Under the pieces are notes generated by a model, which was not told the DNA's origin, did no database searches, and saw only the letters and a program-made list of their open reading frames with translations. A program made the translations under genes and the position numbers. This document shows positions 26,461-39,304 of a DNA stretch of 64,000 nucleotides, one piece after another (the first letter of the stretch is position 1; each line of letters opens with the position of its first letter). The stretch is from Lepidodermella squamata (lineage: Eukaryota > Animalia > Gastrotricha), in the NCBI GenBank assembly GCA_047495785.1, contig JBLDXI010000054.1:4237812-4301811 (forward strand). The letters run 5' to 3'.

Positions 26461-28749
26461 AAATTCCCTAAAGAGATGAATTTTTTCGAAATGTGACTTT
26501 AGGTATTTATGCTCCGGAGTCATACTCGAAGATGATGGGAGAGTAACTTGTAATGGTGTTGAACTCGACATGGATGGGAAAGGGGTCAATTTGGGAGCAC
26601 ATCTTGCCTATAGGAATTGCATTTGGCGTTTGTGATGACGGTGAATGAAGAAGATCATTGGCGGGTGAAATGGTCGTCGATAACGGCAGTTGCGGTGAAT
26701 AGGAATGTTTAAATATGAATATTATAATGTTGTTTTTAGCCATGTGCCCGGTGCATTTTTCTCGCGCGACAGCGTTGAATTATTATTTCATACTGTAGTA
26801 ATAATAATAATATTTAAGGGAATAACGCGCTCTCAGTTTTTCTTAGCCATCGTTATTGTAGATATAGAACGCAGTATATTCAGTGCTGAGCCGCGCACAC
26901 CCTACAATATTTTTGTTTGTTGTCTCGTCCTACGATGCCTATCGATCTGCGAGCGGTCCGCCGCTTGTCGTCAAAAAGAAAACCACCGATAATAAATACA
27001 CGCTACGAACGGCAATAGAAAAATAAAAAACGGGCAGAGGCGCACACGCGCATGCACACATACACATACACACATACAAAACAAAAAACGCACTTTCCAG
27101 CAACGATATCAGTCATAAACATATTGCGTGGGCATAATATTGGGTGACTACGAGATAGCGCCAAGTAATAAAGGAATAGTGTGGCAGTAGCCGGCAGTAC
27201 ATAACGCATAAAAAAAGGTTGTTTACCCTTTCTGTTTGGCCATCGATCGCAGCGCGCGCATAAATACTGGATATATGGATGCAGCATCGGTCTAACAACA
27301 CGGCGCGCTCAGGCTCGCCCTGTACTCCGTGTATTCAGACTATATGCGTGTTTGCACCGAAAAATGTGTGTGCTTTTTGTGTTCTACAGTCGGTTTGTTG
27401 CCCCTACAAACATCGGCGTATAAATCATATTATTATTATTATTCCTAACATTTTATTTCGTCCGCCGTTCGCTCCACCCTGCCTGTATTTTTCTCCGTCC
27501 AATCAAGCTGCATACTTATTACATAAGCATACAACCGAAGCCTTCTCGTCAACAATAAACCAACAACTTTTGGAGCACCAAAATATAAATATACACGCGA
27601 GCGATTTGCATCATCGCCGGCCTCTACCTAGAGAGCATCCTCGTTCAGCTTGCCGTGGCGTTCCAACCCGCGCCCTTGGTTGGCGCTAGAGGCACGTTTG
27701 TGTTTGCGCAACATGCATTTTAGCCTGTTGCTTTGATGATACTTTGCTTGACTACGTATCGTTTCGGCCGTAATTTTTTTCGAGATTTGAAACGACGCCA
27801 AACGTGAGCTGATGTTGTCTAACGGCCTAATCTGATTCAATGTTACTTCCTCGGTGTTTTTCAACCACTGTCTTTATTCAACGACCATAGTGTTGGCATA
27901 TGGATGAATTTATTTTCTGCCTTCGGTCTCATTGAAGCTCGAGGTATTTTCAGCAAGGCTACTTGCCTACATGCTTATGTAGGCTGTTGCTGAAAATGCC
28001 ATGGAATGGTCAGTTACTGGACGAGGTTTTCTGAAGGTTTGATGTGTCCTGAATTATAAATTCTGAATTATTTTTCATATAGGCAAATTCATAGAATTTA
28101 TTGAATAATTCGCATCTTCCACGCGTCGCACATCGTTAAACTCTCAGCACTATTTCTGGCTGACGACTTCGGCTGTTGGCTTGAAGCTCGATGATAATTA
28201 TTAAAACCTAATTTTGCAGTGACATGTAGTCATTTCTGCACCCAACTTTTTGAGTGAATTATTGGATGCAGTTCAAGTGATATTCTTCTAGTTTGTTATC
28301 AGCTGATTTACTAGAAAATATTCCCTCTTCATGTCTTCGAAATTCAACCTGCCGGATCGCTAACCGTGCATTCGTTTAAATTTTTGGGTATATATTTTGC
28401 CTTTCTCTTAAGGTTTTTGTTCTTGAATAGATTCTTAATGCCAATTAATTTCCATTGAACACTCCAAGACTGAATTATCCCGTCGGCTAGAGTGAGCTGG
28501 ACAATCAAAACCAGTTACAGCATCATGTTACTGCGCGTCGCTTTTTTCGACGAGCAATAAAAGCTGACGATTGAAAGTTTCCGCACAAAATTGGCGAAAT
28601 GTAAGTTCTCGATTGATTGCATAGTTTTACGGGAATCCGGGCTTTTTCGCGGTTTCTCGTGTGTTCTATTCGGGGCAGCTATTTGAATTAACTGCGATAT
28701 TGATTCCTTTTTCTTCGAACTTTAGATAGCCGCTGCCTTGGCAAGTTGC

Positions 28750-31700
28750 ATGGAAGTTGATGTCCCTACTGCACCCGTTTGCGAAAAACAAAAACAAAAG
28801 CTTCAACTCGCGCTGATGAACGGTGAATCGCCGCGCAAACGGCAGCGTTGCGGCAACAATGACCAGTCACCGGTGGGCGGGGTCGCCAAGAACAAATCGC
28901 TGCCGGTCAGCAGCTCGGCGAACAGTACTGGCGAGCTGAGCAGTCCCGAGGGCGATAAGACTGCCTCAGCTCAGAACTTGGCGCTTGCCTTCGCCTCTTC
29001 ATCGTCCTCACCCGGTTCAAACGTTGCGTCGACAGGTGGCCTTCTTTTGGCGTCTTCGGCCGGCGTCGTATCGACCAGCACTTCGCTGTCGACGGCTAAT
29101 TCTAATCTTATTCAACACCCGGTTACTAGTTCATCAGCTGCGGCTGCGCATGTCGACGACAAGCAGCAACAGCAAATTGTATCAAGTAGTACAGAAATGA
29201 ATGCCCAGCTTCAGGTTGTTCTGCCTTACCCATTCTTGGGCGTAAAATTCAATTTTTTCGCTTTGTTCACCTTAGGCGCAATTGCAACAGCTAATGCTGC
29301 AGAATCAGCTTTTATCGCTTATTCAGCAACAGCAGCAAAATCAGCAGCAGCAGCAACAACTTCTGCAGCAAAGAGGTTCGATAAATGTGCTTTTTTGTAC
29401 TCGTGAAGCCACATTTGAGCAGTTAGATAAAGAAGATTATTTTCTTTGCAAAGATCAAAGGATTGTTTTAGGACACGTATTCATTTTTTACGCTAATGAT
29501 ATTGCGGGTCGACCTTCGAAGTGGTGGATTAATTTACGTGTTCTGACATTTCAGTGACCCACTTTTTGACGTCCCCAATCTCTGGTACCGAAACAAGCCA
29601 GGCGGATGCAAAGCATTCTTTGTTCCAAAAATCACCAACAGCTGGCCTTCATTTTGGCGTATCGGGAAATGACCGGTTTCTATCACCTTCGGTCTCGGCG
29701 GAAGCCTCGGCAACTGCGAACGGCTCCTTAGCTGCCTTACTACCTCTGTTGACCGGGCAACAACAAGCACAACAATCTCATCTCAACCTGAATAATATCA
29801 CTGGTTGGTTTTCGAGTCAAGAAGATGTCTCTCCCTATGTGCATGATTTACTTGCAGATATTTTGCTGCGATGTGGCACCGCAAATTTAACCGGTTCGCC
29901 ACTCAGCAGCAAGGTTTCAATCGGAGGAAGTACCTCAACCCCGCAGACGCCTGCAGCATCCGCTAATCAAATCGCATCTCACTTGTTTCAGTCAACCGCA
30001 GAACACCAGTCAGCTTCGTCTAGCACCAACTGTAGTAGTTTTCAGTCTTCTTCTTCTGGTCTTTACGCACATGGCGTCTGCCGATGGCCTGGCTGTGAGA
30101 CTATCTGCGAAGGCCCGGACGCTTTTTCTCGGTATTAAAAACTTACTTAAGTTTTTATTTATTTCTTAAACCCTGTCTTTCAAATTACAGGCATTTGTCC
30201 GACATGCATCCTCCTGATGAGAAAGCGGCGGCACAAACATGCGTACAGGTACGGAGTAGCTGATTTTTTGTTGTTTATTCATTTTTGATCAATTGATTTT
30301 AATATAGGCGCAAATAGTGACTCAGCTCGAAGAACAGCTGAACCGCGAAAAGCGGCGCTTTGAAGCTATGATGAGTTACCTTCAGTTGGCGAAGTCGACA
30401 GGAAGCGCGGCAGCGGCTTTCATTTCGCCCAGCGTGACGACGGCTAGTGGAACTAACGCTGGCGTGGCGACGTCTCTTAACGGCGGTGCAAGTACCGTTT
30501 TCTCATCGTTAAGCTCGCAGCCAGCACAATTGGCGGCTTTTTTACCCGGTTCCTCGGCTTCACAAATGAATGTTGCGAATTCCACGTCAGCTATTGCTGC
30601 CGCTGCTAACCTACTGGCGGCTGCGGCGTCAGTCGTTGGAGCTGGTGGCGCGAATCCTTCGCTAGCTCTCGCGGGAAACATGGCTGGTGTGACGCCAGTT
30701 GCACCGAATGCGACGACTTCTAACGCAAGCGCTCAGTCGAACCACCAGTTGCCGCGAGTCGAGTCAGAAATCGCCGGTCAACGGTCTTCTGGCTCAGGTT
30801 AGTTTTGAGCATTCACAAATTATAAATTATGTGCCTACATGCGTTTCTTTGATTTTTAGCTGCTACTCTGTTGCGTTGTGCCGCTGATACGCCTACGACC
30901 GGCCATATGACTTCGCAAGCTGCCTTCCCATCCAGTGGGTCGTTTGAAGCTAACTCAGACGGGAAGTCGATGACGCCTACTGCGGCAGCCAGGACTGATG
31001 ACGTTGATGTCGATGACACCTCGGTGCCGATGAAAAAGTCTCCTACGTCGTCGATCAACAACCAGTCGGAGACGTCAGCCTCGGTTACACAGTCGCAGAG
31101 CAAGCGCCGACCGTCTGATAAAACCACTGCGGTGCCGTTATGTACAGGTACAGCCGAGCTGGATTTTAAATTTTCTAGTCTGATATGTTGCTGTTGAATA
31201 CTACTAGATATCGAGAGGAATCGCGAGTTCTATCGGACCCGAGATATTCGCCCTCCTTATACGTACGCCTCGCTTATTCGTCAGGCTATAATCGAGTCGC
31301 AAAATAAGCAGCTAACGCTTAACGAGATTTATCAGTGGTTCCAAATGACCTTTGCCTATTTCCGACGAAATGAAGCGACATGGAAGGTACGTATCATATC
31401 GCTTTCCATCATCTAGTAACCCTTGGAAAAACTTGTTTCCATCAAGAAAACATGTTCAATTATTAGCATATTATTAGCTAGAAAATACAATTTTTTGTTT
31501 TCTCAGAACGCTGTTCGGCACAATCTTTCGCTTCACAAATGTTTCATGCGCGTCGAGAACGTGAAAGGTGCCGTTTGGACGGTGGATGATGGCGAATTTT
31601 ACAAGCGCCGTTCCGCCAAAATGTCGCTCAGTCCGTTGCGCTTCAAACGGCCTGGCGCCGAAGAAACCAACGGCATGAACTCAGCGGCGCTCTACGAGGA

Positions 31701-32293
31701 TGAGTGTGAAGACGGTGAGGGTGATGATGGTGCCGATTTCAAGCGGTCAGAGAGTGTCGACAATATGGACGCCGATGAAGATGAAGAATTGGAGATAGTA
31801 CTGTATCCTCGTAACGGTCCCGATGACGGCTCTTCCGATAACAATGCTTCAGCTGGAAACGGTGTCAAAAACGAGCCTTTTTCCGATAGCTATCAGAGGT
31901 AATACCAAAAACTATAAATCCAGAATCGGTGAATTTGGTTGGAAGCACTTGGTCCAAAAAAACTACATGAAGGCTACTAAAATTGTCAGAACTTCAATAT
32001 TTAATATACTCTTCCTTCTCTGTTTCAGTAAAGACGACAAGAACTGTCCCGGAAACACCTGCGATTCGATGGCTAGTCGTTCACAATCTAGCACCGGCGA
32101 CGACCGTGATGGCGATGTATCGGCAGATAATGACGAAGCAGAGAAGCAGAATGAGAAGCGCGACAACTCCCGCCCAGCTCGTCGATGCAAGGAAGACGCG
32201 CCATGTGACATCAGAACCAACAAACGGCACAACGCTGTATCAGTGTATGAGACGAGCGAAGTTTGTATCGTTTCTGGTTCGAAGACAAGCTAA
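28750..32293 (+). CDS. FoxP: Forkhead box P transcription factor (start codon tentative)
   Basis: PolyQ; zinc finger [13 protein letters not shown]...HLSDMH; leucine zipper [22 protein letters not shown]; forkhead [14 protein letters not shown]...[13 protein letters not shown]|[27 protein letters not shown]. Confidence 0.95.
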
Positions 32294-33959
32294 AAACTGT
32301 CAGTGCTTTGCAACCTTGGCCAAGCAGAATGATGAACTAGTTCTATTTTCTGCGAAAAACAATTATAGGATTGCAACGGATAAGTTATTTCTTGTATCTG
32401 CCGTGAGGTTGTTCCAATTGTCTCCGGTCGCTTAGGCCTATCTACTCTGCACCACGTTAAATTTGATGAAAATAGCTCATCGCCGATTCTAGCGAGGATA
32501 AGCAATCATTAAAAAATTGTATCGAAAATCCACTTTGGCCGTATTTTCTCATGTTTACCTCGTCTTCTGTCGCAAATTTTACTTCGGCTATTTGCGGTTT
32601 CACATTTATTCGGTGTTGATGTTGAGTTATTATAACGTGACTGCATTCGATAAATTATGCGAAGTCGATACGAGGCGCTCTTGAGTCGTTACATGTTTAG
32701 TTGTTTTGTTGTAAACTTCTACTAATCTAGATGTTGTTATTAAAGGTGGCGTTTTCTCTGGAGGAGATACACGGTTAAAATATATACAGTAGTCTATCTC
32801 TCGCTCTCGCGCTCTCTCTCATCGGAAACTCGATTTTCGCATTGTATCATTAATCGTTCCGTGCTGGTCATCTGTCATTCTCCCACATTCAAACAATATT
32901 TTGAGAACGATGAGTTCATTGTGTTTGAAAAAATCATTATACCAGTTGCTATACCTCAGGCTTTTCGTTGTACCTTCGTGATTTGTGATTTTCGTAATAC
33001 CGTACTCCTAAAATGATGGATAAATATATTTTGTTCGGTTCTTCTATTTTCTACTTCGGAAATGTGAGTGAGATGTAAAGTGTGTGCGATCAATAGTAGC
33101 AATCGTCACTGCAGATGATGAAAATCCAACTAAGGCGGATGCAGATTCTTTTTTTGGAAGCGCCGTCAGAAATACTACAATAAAGCAGTTGGTAATTTCA
33201 TGTTCGTTTCCTGAATCTTCTTAATCAGAGAAGTTCATTGACAACCTATTTATGTAGTGAACCTGATCATGCGTGTCTTTGCGTAACGGTTTCGCTATCT
33301 CGATTGCTTATAAATCATTACTTATTTGCTTGCGAAGACAAAGTTATTTTTTTATTGTTTTGGAAGACACATAAGAAGTAAAGTCATTTTATAAAAAAAT
33401 TGTGTTGCTTGATTTCAACTTGATTTCCCCTAGAAACCTTAAAACAAAACCGCTGATACGCTTTGAAAATCGAGTGCACATTTATTTTTCGGTAGAACAT
33501 ACTAAATTATACAAATTTAGACAAGAAAATGTCGACGCGAGAAGAAGATACGTGACGCCAACTTCGGCTACAGAAAATTAATCAAGAATCATAATAGGCC
33601 GGATACTTCACACAAATTTGGGAATGCATCACCCATTGCAGTAGCAAGTACATTGCACCGTAATTTTCGATGCTATGCCAAGCAAATACCAACATGTGGC
33701 CGTATAAAGAGGTTGCAATGAATATACCGATTTTGATGATGAAAACAGACCGAAAATAAAGCTAGCCAAAACGATCACAAGTATTACATCAATTGTCTAC
33801 TAGATAGAATGAGAATAGAATCATGCTTTGAACATGGATAATGATTTGCCATATCGATTCTTCTATTGCACATGGGCAATTTTTCATTAGTACAATCAAA
33901 CAGGTTTAAAATAACGGTCATCACGTGGTTAAGAAAGCGTAGCCTGGTGAGTGTAACAA

Positions 33960-35064
33960 CTACAAATCTTTCTTGATTCTGCTCGCTGTCATGCGATAAA
34001 TAATACCGTCTTTACCGGGGTCCATAAACCAGATACAATAAGCTACGCTGGCGATGGTTAGGCCCATGGCGATCATGAACCACAGAATAATATTAAAAAT
34101 AACGGGATAGTCGTCACTGTAGGTAATACCGACGTTTAATTCTTTGGGAGAGGGTTCTCCAAGTGCGCCAGTGGACGCGGGTTTTTCTCCCGCCTGACGT
34201 CTCACACGCTCAAGTCCTTTGCCAGATTCAGATAAAGAGACGATGGCTACCACCACAACGTCTTCACCAAGGCTTGAGACAAGGTTCTGAACGAAGCCAT
34301 CTATTAGCTCCTCTGTGCCTGGAACTAATGCCATCTTTGGAGCTGAAACAAAAATTGGTCCCTGTCGATGATTAGCGCTAATTGACTTCACCTGTAAATC
34401 GTAAGTATATCGTAAGCAAGATAATGCAATAGACAGTGACTTACCAGTTCTTCAACCTCCGACAGAGCCAACGAAACTTGCAATGGCTCAGGCGAGGCAC
34501 TCGCATCGGAAGACATATCAATGGCATGAACGAGGTCGCCGAAGAAGGCCGTCACATCGGAGAACAGTTTTTGCGTGTTCACCGGCGATGAAGTCTGTCC
34601 ACAACACATATACACGTTCATAAAATGGCAAATACAAACGACTAGTACCTGAACTGAAGATGCATAGGATTGCAGTTTCATAGAGTCAGCTGATTCAAAC
34701 GGCAAAATCACAAAGTTCTTCGGAGACTTCAAGCTTGTTTTCACAACTTCGATCCCCAACTTCTGCTGAAAAAATGCACATTCAACTTAGCAATCAATTG
34801 CAACCGCAAAATTACGCTACATTTGAGGCAGGCATGCCAGACATGCCTTTGATCAGAGACAAAAACTCATCACCATCAATTGACGTGACTCCTTCGAGAC
34901 GGTACCTCAGATAAGAAGGCGTATTTATAAATGCCACTTGGTTCGCGGTCGCAACTGCATATAGAAGTCAAAATGTGATAATAAATATTGAAATGAAACT
35001 ATATCACAAACTGACCTGCAACGCAGGCTGCAGCTAAAATCGTTAGCAAATGAACCCTTCGCAT
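33960..35064 (-). CDS. ATP6AP2: V-ATPase accessory protein 2 / (pro)renin receptor
   Basis: Signal-peptide exon MRRVHLLTILAAACVA; furin-like site RVRR; C-terminal DYPVIFNIILWF...MDPGKDGIIYRMT. Confidence 0.9.
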
Positions 35065-37430
35065 CCTAACGATTCCTATATTTTAATTAGGAAATTTGAT
35101 AGACATATATATATTCAAGAGGCTTTTCATAAAATAGCAGGCAACTCTTTCTTCTCTACTTTTTCCGATTTTTCTCTGGTGGTTTGAGTAGTTCGAGTTG
35201 CCGACCCAAACATACATAGCGGTTCTCGCGTCTGGTAAGCTAGGATCTGAGACTGAAGTACCTATCATACGGCAATACGAATACAGGCAGCGGATAGAAT
35301 TTATGAGCGCCGCCGCCTGTCTACTCGTGAATACTGGGGCTTCAGCTTCAGGTTGAGGGCGTTAGAGCCGCCGCACACGGGTATTGCGACACAAATAGTA
35401 ATTAAAATAAATAAGAAAAAATATATTGCGGCTCTACTGTGAACTGCGATATATTGAGTCGTATCCTCGAAAATTTGAGGAGAATCCTAGATGTCCTAGA
35501 GGGCCTTCGGGCTTCCAATGAAATTTCTTTTTTCGAGGTCCAAGCCGAGTAACGTTAACGCAGCTGGAGGAGTGCCGTTGGCATTTTAAGCCGTGGTTTT
35601 CGGGAATACCACCGATAAACAGCAATGCGATCACAAAAACATGATATTCGCACATTGGGATTTACTCTGAGAGGCATATGAATTATCCTGAGAAGGACCA
35701 ACTGATTCATCAACGCACAATAAACATGCAACAGGCCTCCTACAATGGGGTACGAAGTATTCAACACTTGGTCCAGTGTTTCCCGCATTCAATTGGACTG
35801 CCTTCAATTACTGAGTTAAGGCTCGGGTATCTCTCTTCGACTCCGGCCTCATAAAATATGAGAAGTTGCACTGAGTGTCACCTATCCTTTTTCACGCGCC
35901 TCAAACGCTAAATAGAATCACGCACTTTGGTTTCAATTGCTTTTGAAAAGCAACTGAAGCATATCAAATATAAAATATCAAGCAAATCCTCGAGATGATT
36001 TGGTATTTGGCGCATCTATGAATCAAGAGTTTATGTAATTGGGAAGCTTATCTGGGTTAATTCATTCATTTTTATAACCGCCTGCTGTCTCGGAATGAAA
36101 GTCCCATCTAGGCGGGTTTCCGGAAGCTCCGAGCCCGTCAAATCGATTATTGGGGCCAGCAAGGATACAAAATCAGAAGCTAAAATCTAGGAGCTTTGAT
36201 ATGAATCACTGCCTCTAATGCTGCTTAGCAAGTAACATTTCAAATTTCAATGTTTCGTGATCATGCTCTCTGGACGCAATAGGAGAACTTGGATGAAATG
36301 TAGAATGGCTGGGCTCTAAGCGAGCAGAAAACTTCCACGACGAGCAGTATGTTAACTCTTCGTGGTAATCTGCCTAAATTCCGTGCCAGGTTCAGCACAC
36401 ATTATCAGTCGCAACTCAAGAATCAGAAATCAAGCGACCGCCCTGAGGGCCCCAGAAACCTGTCTTCTCGCCTCTCGAAAAAAGCTAACCAAAATCTCCC
36501 GGCACAATTTCAGTCAAAACAAACTTGAAGCATAAATATAATTATTTTTCAACAGGCTGGTGAAAGTTCAAGTAAATTGTTAAACAGAATTTGACTGCGG
36601 AAAAATGATTTATCTCCCAAATCCGCGCGCGAATGCGCGCTTAGTTTCAAGTCTTGAGGTCAGGATCTCTCGGCGATTGATGATAGGCAATGCGTCGTCG
36701 TGATGACCTTGAGATGCCTTTGAATGCAGAGAGAGTTGAAATGGTTGTAGAATCAATGGCGTGATCAAATATCTTCAACTTGACACCCAGTCGTCATTCA
36801 TAGTGGACATTCTCATTGTAAAGGCGCAGGGCGCAGCGTGTACCGACTGGCGAAGAAACTAAGATACATAGATTTTACAACATGCTTTTACTTGTGCATT
36901 GAAGGATATGAACTGAAACACATAATGTGCTAGTTTTTTAAGTTTTATGCTCAAAGTAATCAAATTGTTTTATGATACTTCATGAGCATGGAAAGGAATA
37001 TTTGGGATTCCATCGGAGACATCTTGCCGTTGCGAGGAGAAAATAAAAAGAAAATACGAACACACGTGCCAGTCCGAGTTGGCAGTCTAAAATTGCCAAT
37101 ACTTACCCTGCCATCTGTAAAAAAGTAAGTAAAACTCCACTAATTCCATGTTGACTTCGGTTAGACATAAACTCGTAGGTTAGATAGGGTCAGCTTGACA
37201 ATTCAGGTCTTATTTCTCATTTCATTAGAAGGCAAAGCATAGCCACATTTTTACCTGTATCCGATAAAATCAACTCCACAATGCTGAATAATCTCGATGG
37301 TTAGGTAGAAATATATCAGTACTGTGCGACGAGTGGGCATCGCGGGCGCAGCTCTTTTAACATAGTGTTTCATTCTTAATTTTGCTCGTTGCGCTGTCAA
37401 ATTCATAATAAAAGTTGAAAATTAATTACA

Positions 37431-38200
37431 GGAGAACATTGCCTCTTCCCCGTTCGCATTATGAAGCCGTTTTTGGAACTGAAGCGCGCGGCATGGAATC
37501 TCCCAAGTTTTTATCTCTCTCTGCGACGAATATCCTACAAACAGTAGCTGCATCTTGCTTATCCCTTGGTGTGAATAAAGCTGCTGCACTACTAACGGAA
37601 CGCATTGACTCTGAGCAAGCGGTCGATGATTCTAGTGATAATTCTAATGACATAATGTCGGGTGAAATGTCTGGCGAAAACGATCATCGTAGTGAGTCAG
37701 TTTCGCAAATCCTTACTTTGAAGAGAAAAATGCGCGTTCCTGAAGACTTGATTGCAATTCAGAACAATGACATTGGCATACATGATGCGGAAACTATTTA
37801 TCCGATTGCCACGAATGCTGGCTTCAAGGTTCGAACTGTAGCTGAATTGAAACGTAAAACTTTCATGGAAATGCTAACTAAAAGCGATCATAACGCTTTT
37901 TTCAAATCCCTGGGTTTGCGGCGTAAGCAATCACTCAACCCTTCCAAATGCACTGCTATGCATGAACTTATCGACTGTCAATCACCTGATAAAATTTGGA
38001 TTGGGAACCGTCTATGTGATCGAAAGTTAGGTATGTGTTCATCTAATTCCTTAGACTTGCTCAGTTGATATGCTTATTTTGCAGTTTCGAAGCAAGTTCT
38101 CTGCCTCGCATCGTCCGATGGCTTCATCACGGATCGTTCAATATGTCAAATATCGAGAAATGAACGGAAAACTAAAGCTAGGCTGTTGCCATGAATTACA
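37431..38200 (+). CDS. Uncharacterised spliced gene fragment, possibly with a C-terminal helix-hairpin-helix region
   Basis: 217-aa ORF bounded by splice-like sites, with a plausible short final exon from ~38086. Upstream exons unresolved. Confidence 0.4.
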
Positions 38201-38406
38201 CTCCCTTCATTCAATGGATGTCTTCTCCTGGTCGTCGCTGCCTTTCATTTGATTTATACTCAATTTTACAGAATTTTTACAAGTAATCAGTAAAGATGAA
38301 AGAAATAAAAGTATGATTTGAAGGAAAACGAACCGTTTAGTACTGAACTTTTTAGATTCTAAATATTTAATTCAGCGATTTTAATTTCTCCCAAATAACC
38401 GTTATA

Positions 38407-38825
38407 CCGTAAATTGGGGTGACTTTGCACAGTGGGGTGACATTAGCTTACCAAAATGGGGTGACTTGAGCATATCAAAAATCGAAGGTAGATAGGTAAA
38501 GACCCCATGAGTAGGGTACCGTTGAATAGCCTGAAAGACGGGTTCTCCGAAAATGGCATATGATTTTCATTTATGAGGCGGACTGGGTTGAGCAGCGACG
38601 GAAGTTCTACCGAAAATAACAAAATTCGACAATTTTACCCAAACCTTACCTCTAATTTCTTGTCCCGAAATAGGTTGTATTGATGTGCATTGTACATATC
38701 TAGAGTGGCCTTTTCTTGGGCTATCCAACAGTACCCCACTCATCGGGTCTTAACTTATCCACCTTCGATTTTTGATATGCTCAAGCCAGCCCATTTTGGT
38801 AAGCTAATGTCACCCCAAGTTACGG
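38407..38825. mobile_element. Tc1/mariner-pogo-type MITE with long imperfect TIRs and TA TSD
   Basis: TA|CCGTAAATTGGGGTGAC ... GTCACCCCAAGTTACGG|TA; inverted similarity extends over 100 bp. Confidence 0.85.
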
Positions 38826-39304
38826 TATATATCGCTTGCGAGAAATTTGCCTTTGTACCTGGGTTTTCTCATCTGATGCTTTTGTTTTCAAGTTGACCAT
38901 TTACTATTATATCTGCACTAGAAGATAGTTAACTAAAAAGTCAGTTTTCGTGGTACGAATACACATTTTATTAGGAAACACCTATCAAAGCAAAGTTCAA
39001 ATTGTGCAGACGCACGTTCAAACTTGTCCGCCAAGTCAGCCAAAATTATCAGAGAACAAAAGAGCTACCGCAGAAAGACTAAATAACCTAATAAGATGCG
39101 ATGGTTTTATAATTTTTCTCCGCAGCAACAACATGCAAGACGTGTACAAACATTTTATCGCTAAAACAGATCCATAACCCCCAATCGGTAAAATTATTAA
39201 CAGCGTTTGAATTCAACGCGCGACAAGAAGGTCTGTGGCACGCTGCTGGACGGTTGCAACCTGTGGGTTGATGAACGATAAGTATGAGATATTGAATTCC
39301 AACT

